Shown here: piece after piece, positions 57,330 to 64,000 of the stretch
Layout of the letters: every line of letters starts with the position of its first letter
Numbering within the stretch: position 1 is the stretch's first letter
Virus record (IMG/VR): IMGVR_UViG_3300029957_000008
Coordinates: 1 to 64,000 of that record
DNA from: a virus
Direction: 5' to 3' (one strand)
DNA: 64,000 nt
Translations under genes and position numbers: made by a program
The notes under the pieces: model-generated
What the model was told of the DNA's origin: nothing
The model's input: only the letters and a program-made list of their open reading frames with translations
Databases searched by the model: none

Positions 57330-58175
57330 ATGGCTGATTTCTCAAATTCCAAGGACGGCTTAGGTCGGGTTCTATCAGAGAACGCGGTTGCCGTCCAGTG
57401 GGAGGACTTAGAACCCCTCCTTTCTCCCCAACAGCTGATCAGGCTCCATCTCTTTGGTCTACCCCTCGTTTCTGGTGTAAGGAATCCTATCACCAGAAAA
57501 TTTGACGTAATGACGAGCGATATTCTCAAGGAGCATATTCTCAATGCGATTGCCCTTGCGGAAGAGGAAGCCAGGATTGACATCTTCCCTCGTCAGTACA
57601 AGGAGAAGCAGGCGTTCGACAGAGTAGCCTATCAGAACTTTGGCTACTTTCAACTGCGCCACCTTCCTGTAGACAGCATCCAAGACCTCGTAGTTGCTAC
57701 CTCGTCTGAAGACCAAGTCTATAGAGTCCCCTTGGACTGGATCGACGTGGGATATCTCAGGCAAGGGCAGATGAACATTCTACCCCTAACCCTCAAGATT
57801 CAAAACGGTGTTATGTCCCCTCTTTTGGCCGGTCCAGGCGGCAGCGCCTTCCTGGCCATCTTTGGGAACTATCCATGGCTGGCTTCTTTCTGGGAGGTTT
57901 TCTACACTACCGGCTTCAAGGATGGAACGCTCCCTAAGATCGTCAATCAGTACATCGGCACCATTGCGGCCATGGAGGTCATCTCGGCCCTGGCCGCAAC
58001 CTATTCAAGGACAACTTCCAATAGCTTGAATATTGATGGTTTAGGACAGTCGATTTCTGGTCCTGGTCCTGAGCTGTATAAGACCCGACTGAACGATCTT
58101 GAAGTGAAGCGCAAGATGCTCTGTGGCCGCCTCAAGAACCGCCTTGGAGTCGGAATTTTAGTGAATAACGTTTAA
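57330..58175 (+). CDS. head-tail adaptor/neck protein
   Basis: LFGLPL, YTTGF...LP...IG.IAA, SLNIDGLGQSIS. Confidence 0.65.
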   Translation: MADFSNSKDGLGRVLSENAVAVQWEDLEPLLSPQQLIRLHLFGLPLVSGVRNPITRKFDVMTSDILKEHILNAIALAEEEARIDIFPRQYKEKQAFDRVAYQNFGYFQLRHLPVDSIQDLVVATSSEDQVYRVPLDWIDVGYLRQGQMNILPLTLKIQNGVMSPLLAGPGGSAFLAIFGNYPWLASFWEVFYTTGFKDGTLPKIVNQYIGTIAAMEVISALAATYSRTTSNSLNIDGLGQSISGPGPELYKTRLNDLEVKRKMLCGRLKNRLGVGILVNNV

Positions 58176-61100
58176 ATGGATCAAGACACCAAACCCAAGG
58201 AGTTTTCTGTCGTCATCATTTCTGATGGCCAAGGGAAAGTTCTGTTTGGCAAGCGAAACGACAATAAGAAGTGGACGTTGGCTGCAGGCGGCCTTAATCC
58301 GGGCGAAACGCCCGAAGAAGGAGCCTTAAGAGAAATGTTCGAGGAGACAGGGTTAAGACCGAAGAAGCTGTCCTTTGTAACGACAAAAAAGACTCCCAAC
58401 AATACAGTCCACTTCTTCTCATGTCAATGCCCCGGTGAGCCTACTACCGAAAACGATCCCGACAAGGAATGCTCCAAGCTTCAATGGGTTGATGTTCGTG
58501 GTGGAGTCCCTTCCAACATATGGAACAACCTCCATGGTCCAAAGGGCGATGAAAACATCGTAAGACAAGTCTACGACCTCAAGAAGTCGGAGCAAGTTTG
58601 GCTAGAGGATTGTGGATTCCTAGACCTATCTAAGTCAGAAAACGAGTCAGAGGTTTCGACACTTCTAAGGCACCCAAATCCCTCTGAACGATCTCTAGCC
58701 CTTAAGCTCAACACCGTCACACCTCACGATCTAGCCGTGGCTATCCTAGATCCAGATCCTAAGGTCTGGGGAACGGCGTTTGACCACAAAGATGCTACCC
58801 ACGCTCACACAATTCTCTCTTCTAATACTAGGGATGCTGCGGGAAACCCTCTTTGGGAACGACACAACCTGCTACTAAAAGACCCCAGGTTCAATAAAGA
58901 GCATCTTACGCTCATGGCTCATGCCGTCCGCAAAGACTCCTCGTTATCCCCTAAAGACCAAGCTGACAGACTTAAGGTCTTGGCCCTCAATGGGTACTCG
59001 GATCTCAAGAAGTCTTCTGCGTGGGCACATCATCTGTTATACGCAGGTTCCACCCAAGGACAAGATCTTGCCGACTCAAGTGCCGAACCTGTTCACGAGA
59101 CCCTAAAGCCTCTCAAACACGAGTATGAATCGGCTCTATCGTCTGAGGACGCTATTGAGCCGCACAACGCTGGTTTGCATGACATTGGCCAGGTGTCTCA
59201 TAAGGTGGTCTACAAGGTTGGATCTAACAAGCTCATGGTGAAGCCCTATGCCGAAGAAGAACAGCCTTTGTCTGGTTGGTCTGAAGGGGCTTCTCAAGCT
59301 ATCTACCATGCCGCCGGTTTGGGACACCTACATCAAAGGTCCTTTGTGTCCCATCACGGCGGTGGGAAGTACAACATTCCGGCTACTGTGATTCATTTGG
59401 ATGCTGAGGCAACGCCTATCCATAAGGCTCCCTTAGGGACAGTCAGGGAGCAGAATCCGGCTTTGGATGACGAAGCCAGGAAGATGTCTGTGATGGACTT
59501 CCTTACGGCGAACCACGACCGGCACACCAACAACCTCATGGTCCAAAAGAACGGCCATTTGTTGGCCGTGGATAACGCCAGTGCGTTTGGAAGCCACCCG
59601 TACACATTTCCTTACTACACCAATAAGGGTGTAAGCGTAGTTCTTGGAAAAAATCATGACATGCTGCCTGAAGGGAAGCAGGCCTATACACGGCTATTAG
59701 CCGATTGGTGGCCTGGGATTAGTACGGATGTGAAGTCTGAGCTGAATAAGCGGGTCGCCCAGATTAAGCACCCGGCTCACAGTCGGAGAATCAAGGAGGC
59801 CTTTGACCAAAGGGCTGCTTGGCTAGACCGAAAGTCTCAGGAAGCCAAAGCTGGAAATGTTAGTGGGTTTGATGACTTTGCTCCTGCTCCGTTAGAGAAA
59901 AGGATGGAGGAAGCCGAGTTTCTTGGCGATCACCCTAAGATGAAAATCGAAGGGTTGCACGAGAATCTTTTGGACAAGCACCCGGCGTCAATGAACGCCG
60001 ACGTAGAGCACTTTGAGAAGAACGTCAATACCTCTAAGCACAATGTACGCCCTTTGAAGGAGAAGCTCAAGGGGGCCGACATGAAGGCTGTTTACGGCCA
60101 TGCGGATAAGAAGTACTTGGTTAAGCCGTCTGTTTTCAATAATGAAGAGCTGACCCACCTCAATACGCCACTTTCTGCCTGGTCAGAGCTTACACACCAG
60201 GCGATGTACCACGCTGGTGGTATCGGACACCTACACCAGAAGGTTCATGCCACTGTTGCCAAGAATGTGTTTCCTGATGCTCATGGGCTCGTAGTCCACA
60301 TGGAGCCAGGAGCCAAGGAAGTCCGGGAGCTTAATGATAAGGAGAAGACTGCGCTAACCAACCATCCTGACTTCAAGAAGATCCCCTTTATGGACTTTGT
60401 GACTTTTAACAAGGACCGTCACGAAGGAAATCTGATGGTTAAGCCTGACGGTACTCCGCTTGCGATTGACCACAGTCTTGTTTTTGGGAAAGACGCCGAC
60501 TCCAAGTTCTCCTTAGAGAACCAAGATCTGCATTATGAAGAGCCGGGGTATGGATTCAGAACGCCTATGCAGACTGCGTCCAAACCGGATGCTAGCACTT
60601 GGGCTTGGTGGGACGCAAACAAAGACAAGATCAAAGAGTCTTTCCACAAGCACGCGGACCTTATTCCTCACAAAGAGACCCGGAACAGACTAAAAGACTC
60701 GTTCAACTACAGAATGGACATGCTGGAAGATGGCGCTACGCCCATGGGCCAGCCAATTAGGGAAGGCCTACATAAGACACTTGAAGGTGCTGACTTCCTT
60801 CATAAACAGCACGATCAGCCGTCTTTAATCAAGCCCATCAACGTTGCTGGCGTCCATGACAAGCTCAAGGTCTCTACTCCTGACGCCATAAAGATTCACA
60901 GGCAGAAGTTTGAGCTTGGGTTAAATCAGCACCCAACTGTGGCTAAGCCTGTAATGAGCTACGATCCTTCGGTCAAGCGAACACTTGCAGGTGAAGAACC
61001 TAAGGCTATCTACAAGATGGGCAATGACCACGTAATGGTTAAACCCCAGGCCGCTCCAACATCAAGGCTTTCGGCCTGGAACGAAATGACTTCCCAGGCG

Positions 61101-61955
61101 ATGTACCACGCTGGAGGTATTGGGCATCTACACCAGAAGGTTCACGCAACAACTTTGGCCAATCAGGGGGGTAAGACTGTTCTTGGCAAGGACCCCCACG
61201 CAATCGTGGTGCACATGGCGCCTAACGTCCGACCCGTTTCGGAGGCATTGAAGGACGATCAAGATACCAGCTTAGACAGCATGGCCAGCAATCCAGAACA
61301 CCTACAGTCTCTCAAGAAAATCGGGGTTATGGACTGGTTGACATCGAATCCTGATAGGCATGAGGGGAATATTATGATTGCTCCCGATGGGTCTCCCTTG
61401 GCTATCGATCACGGTCGAGCTTTTTCAAGCGATAGAGTTCACGCTTTTGGTGGTGAGTATGATCGTGATTTGGAGGCTCAAGGTCGAATTGCTTTGGCCG
61501 GACACCTCAATCACCCCGACATGCCTAAGGCGACCAGTCAAATTATGGAAAGTGTTGGGAAGCAAAAGGCTTGGGACGAAGCTGTGAACAAAGACCCTCA
61601 CAAGCAGTTGGATGGGTTTGACAATTTTAGTGGGTATGGTGGTGGAGACTTTTTCTCCGACGCCACCAAAATGGGCGGATCCCCAGATGAGGAAACCTGG
61701 AACTGGTTTGACGCAAACAAAGATAAAATGCATGAGGCTTTTAGGAAGCACGCTAACATGCTCCCCGACCAAGACGCCCGAAACAAAATGATGGGGTCGT
61801 TTAATGTCAGGATGGAACACCTAAAGCAAGTTCGAGAGAATAGCCGAGGTAAGGATCCTAACAAGTTAGATGTTCAAAACCACTCACCCGTAGCTTATCG
61901 GCCTACGGCCCCAAGCATGGTTGAATCTCATCCAACGGAAAGAAGGGTAGCCTAA
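58176..61955 (+). CDS. polyprotein: Nudix hydrolase, HEAT-like region and three HipA/PI3K-like kinase domains
   Basis: Nudix box GGLNPGETPEEGALREMFEETG; three N.DRH..N.M...A(I/V)D(N/H) motifs each preceded by VKP and a conserved E. Confidence 0.85.
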   Translation: MDQDTKPKEFSVVIISDGQGKVLFGKRNDNKKWTLAAGGLNPGETPEEGALREMFEETGLRPKKLSFVTTKKTPNNTVHFFSCQCPGEPTTENDPDKECSKLQWVDVRGGVPSNIWNNLHGPKGDENIVRQVYDLKKSEQVWLEDCGFLDLSKSENESEVSTLLRHPNPSERSLALKLNTVTPHDLAVAILDPDPKVWGTAFDHKDATHAHTILSSNTRDAAGNPLWERHNLLLKDPRFNKEHLTLMAHAVRKDSSLSPKDQADRLKVLALNGYSDLKKSSAWAHHLLYAGSTQGQDLADSSAEPVHETLKPLKHEYESALSSEDAIEPHNAGLHDIGQVSHKVVYKVGSNKLMVKPYAEEEQPLSGWSEGASQAIYHAAGLGHLHQRSFVSHHGGGKYNIPATVIHLDAEATPIHKAPLGTVREQNPALDDEARKMSVMDFLTANHDRHTNNLMVQKNGHLLAVDNASAFGSHPYTFPYYTNKGVSVVLGKNHDMLPEGKQAYTRLLADWWPGISTDVKSELNKRVAQIKHPAHSRRIKEAFDQRAAWLDRKSQEAKAGNVSGFDDFAPAPLEKRMEEAEFLGDHPKMKIEGLHENLLDKHPASMNADVEHFEKNVNTSKHNVRPLKEKLKGADMKAVYGHADKKYLVKPSVFNNEELTHLNTPLSAWSELTHQAMYHAGGIGHLHQKVHATVAKNVFPDAHGLVVHMEPGAKEVRELNDKEKTALTNHPDFKKIPFMDFVTFNKDRHEGNLMVKPDGTPLAIDHSLVFGKDADSKFSLENQDLHYEEPGYGFRTPMQTASKPDASTWAWWDANKDKIKESFHKHADLIPHKETRNRLKDSFNYRMDMLEDGATPMGQPIREGLHKTLEGADFLHKQHDQPSLIKPINVAGVHDKLKVSTPDAIKIHRQKFELGLNQHPTVAKPVMSYDPSVKRTLAGEEPKAIYKMGNDHVMVKPQAAPTSRLSAWNEMTSQAMYHAGGIGHLHQKVHATTLANQGGKTVLGKDPHAIVVHMAPNVRPVSEALKDDQDTSLDSMASNPEHLQSLKKIGVMDWLTSNPDRHEGNIMIAPDGSPLAIDHGRAFSSDRVHAFGGEYDRDLEAQGRIALAGHLNHPDMPKATSQIMESVGKQKAWDEAVNKDPHKQLDGFDNFSGYGGGDFFSDATKMGGSPDEETWNWFDANKDKMHEAFRKHANMLPDQDARNKMMGSFNVRMEHLKQVRENSRGKDPNKLDVQNHSPVAYRPTAPSMVESHPTERRVA

Positions 61956-61958
61956 GTG

Positions 61959-61987
61959 TTGACTTTTTGTAACGGTATTGATATAGT
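61959..61987 (+). promoter_or_regulatory. sigma70-type promoter
   Basis: TTGACT-17-TATAGT. Confidence 0.65.
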
Positions 61988-61995
61988 AGGACAAA

Positions 61996-62181
61996 ATGAC
62001 TATTAAGGTCTATCACGCATCGAATAACTCAACCAAAAGCTACTCCGGGAGCCCTGAACAGGTTCTTGAGCAGTTGATGGCTACCTATACGTTCCTCAAG
62101 CGCTATCCAACCCATTCCTTGGCTTGCGCGTTGAAGAACCTAGGTCGGCAGCAGAATTACTTCGTTGAGATCGAGGAATAG
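61996..62181 (+). CDS. small protein paralogous to the N-domain of the downstream kinase
   Basis: KSYSGSPEQV...LKNLGRQQN versus KQVYEGTEQDV...VKDLDRSQN. Confidence 0.65.
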   Translation: MTIKVYHASNNSTKSYSGSPEQVLEQLMATYTFLKRYPTHSLACALKNLGRQQNYFVEIEE

Positions 62182-63503
62182 TGCAAGTCACAGTCCACAA
62201 CCACTTCAACGACCAGAAGCAGGTCTACGAAGGCACCGAACAGGATGTTCGATTTGAAATCTTTAATGATTTCCCGTATTTACTATCTAAATACGGTTCG
62301 GACGCCAATGTAGATCTTCTAGTTAAGGACCTTGATCGTTCCCAGAACCTTTCTGCCGTGATTTCTTCAATCACCCTAGCAAAAACCGAGGTAGAGCTAC
62401 CTCAAACTCCTGAAGCTCAGTTCTTCCCCAAGGACCAGTATCTAGAACTGGTAAGGGAAGCCGCAGAGTTCCTGTCTGGCATTCCATGTGACAAAGAAAT
62501 GCTACGCAGGACTCTCCAGGAGAACGATGGCGACGAGAAGGTTGCTTGTCTGGTATCTGTAGGTCTGGAGCCCTCTGAAGCCAACCTAGCGGCCCTAAGG
62601 GCCGTAATGAACGTTAGGTTAGCCAAGTCTGAAGAAGAGCCAATTGTCTTTAGTAAAGTTGAGGCTTTTAGTGATTCTGGCACAGATTTTGCCGAGATGA
62701 TTAAAAGGGCCGTTACGGCCCAAACTATTAAGGAAATTCAATTCAAGGCCGGCAAGCATTCCAAGGGAACACTCCTAGCCAAGGACCCAGAGACCTTCAC
62801 GCAGTTACTATTAAAGCCAGGAGCTGGCAAGCAAAATCCTGCACTTGGAGAAAGCCAAGTTCAAGCGTCCCAGAGCGTCCGGGAAGCGGCGTTTTACGCC
62901 GTAGCGGACGCATGGGGACTGGCCAAAGACCTGCCAGAGTGCAAGCTGCTGTATATTGACGATCAAGAGTATGCGGCTATGCAGTTTCTACCCCAGAAGT
63001 GGGTTAACGGCAACGATCTAAGGCGACAGGATCCCAATGCAGCCAGAAGATACCTGAGCCCCTACTTGATTCAGGGAGATGTCCATCGTTGGGCTGTATT
63101 AGACTATATTTTGGCCAATCCGGACAGGAACGCTGGAAATATCATGTTCCGGGATGGCCATATCAAGCTGATTGACCATGGGTCGGCTTTGGCCGGGATC
63201 GACTTCAGTCCAGCTATTGACAACCACGCCTTTGTTCCTTACTACCTAAGAGTTTTTGCTTCTGGCGGTTTTGGCAAGATGGAGCCAGAGCAACGTCTGA
63301 AGGCGCTACCTCGACTGAATTCTGAGGGCGAAAAGAAGCTGGCCGAGTGGATTGGTAGGCTCAACAAGGAAGTCGTACAAAAGATTCTAATTCCCTACGG
63401 GATCGATCCCACTCCTGAATTGGCTAGGTTGGAACTGTTGAAATTTGCGTGCAGTGTCCAGTCGGCCGATTTGGCTGTGTTAAGTGTGTGGACGATAGGA
63501 TAG
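62181..63503 (+). CDS. HipA/PI3K-like kinase
   Basis: LLKPG, REAAFY, LDYILANPDRNAGNIM...LIDHG. Confidence 0.82.
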   Translation: MQVTVHNHFNDQKQVYEGTEQDVRFEIFNDFPYLLSKYGSDANVDLLVKDLDRSQNLSAVISSITLAKTEVELPQTPEAQFFPKDQYLELVREAAEFLSGIPCDKEMLRRTLQENDGDEKVACLVSVGLEPSEANLAALRAVMNVRLAKSEEEPIVFSKVEAFSDSGTDFAEMIKRAVTAQTIKEIQFKAGKHSKGTLLAKDPETFTQLLLKPGAGKQNPALGESQVQASQSVREAAFYAVADAWGLAKDLPECKLLYIDDQEYAAMQFLPQKWVNGNDLRRQDPNAARRYLSPYLIQGDVHRWAVLDYILANPDRNAGNIMFRDGHIKLIDHGSALAGIDFSPAIDNHAFVPYYLRVFASGGFGKMEPEQRLKALPRLNSEGEKKLAEWIGRLNKEVVQKILIPYGIDPTPELARLELLKFACSVQSADLAVLSVWTIG

Positions 63504-63550
63504 CTGCTACAAGTTTTGAATAGTAATCTTAGGTTAGAGGTACAACATCT

Positions 63551-63949
63551 ATGGCACTAGCGAGTTCGGTTCAGTTTGAACTTAATATGAAGGGTTCTGT
63601 CACAGGTCGTGAGTATGTGGGCCTTTTCGAGGCTAAGACCAAGACCTCGGTGATGGACACTCTTGAGGAGAATCGCGTTTACCGTAGGGTTCTAGGTGAA
63701 AACCCCCAGGATGCAGCGGAAGACATTAAGCGGATTGCTGAGGCGTATGCCTATTTACAGATCCGGCTGATTAAGTTCCCGGACTGGTGGAAGGAAGCTG
63801 GTCACGGTTTGGGCCTTGAGGACCTTGAAGTTCTGGCTAAGGTGAACAATACTGCCCGAGAGAAGATCGGCGCAGAGTACGAAAAGCTCGCTGCAGAGGC
63901 CGATGCGGCCAAGAAGGGGCTTAAGGAAGAGGCGGCTAAGTTAGGGTAA
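63551..63949 (+). CDS. putative tail assembly chaperone-like late protein
   Basis: late motif TAATCTT at 63524, GAGG RBS; PDWW motif. Confidence 0.4.
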   Translation: MALASSVQFELNMKGSVTGREYVGLFEAKTKTSVMDTLEENRVYRRVLGENPQDAAEDIKRIAEAYAYLQIRLIKFPDWWKEAGHGLGLEDLEVLAKVNNTAREKIGAEYEKLAAEADAAKKGLKEEAAKLG

Positions 63950-64000
63950 TCGTGTGGCTACAGAGTGGCCCCAAGCTCTTAGAATCATAGCATTCAAAGA

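Noticed and set aside
1-64000. tRNA, rRNA or integrase genes
   Set aside because: None recognised by eye; a tRNAscan/Infernal run would be needed to exclude them formally.

Overview
This 64-kb window is a segment of a large tailed dsDNA phage genome with myovirus-like head genes. No tRNA, rRNA, CRISPR array or integrase was recognised. The left ~31 kb is transcribed leftward and carries replication, recombination and nucleotide-metabolism genes: NADAR, a UvsX/UvsY/SSB-like cluster, a DnaE polymerase split into two genes, a Dam-like methyltransferase, an intein-containing class II RNR, SbcC and GroEL. A palindrome-rich non-coding gap at ~31.2-31.7 kb sits at the strand switch and is the candidate replication origin. 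The right side is transcribed mostly rightward: initiator-like proteins, an SF2 helicase, ThyX, a sigma factor, GroES-like, SbcD, terminase, portal, MuF, prohead protease, scaffold, major capsid and neck proteins. The most striking candidate novel system is a set of head-module polyproteins whose domains are separated by an L-x-K-[S/A/T] motif shared with scaffold, capsid and portal. These include a prohead protease fused to an intact GGDEF diguanylate cyclase, a Nudix plus three HipA/PI3K-like kinase protein, and a fourth kinase, suggesting protease-released signalling enzymes delivered by the virion. Other notable items are the split DnaE carrying catalytically dead half-intein remnants, a YAATCTT late-promoter motif matching a region-4-less sigma factor, and two long structured RNA elements in the recombination operon. 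All functional calls rest on motif recognition by eye; no database searches were run.
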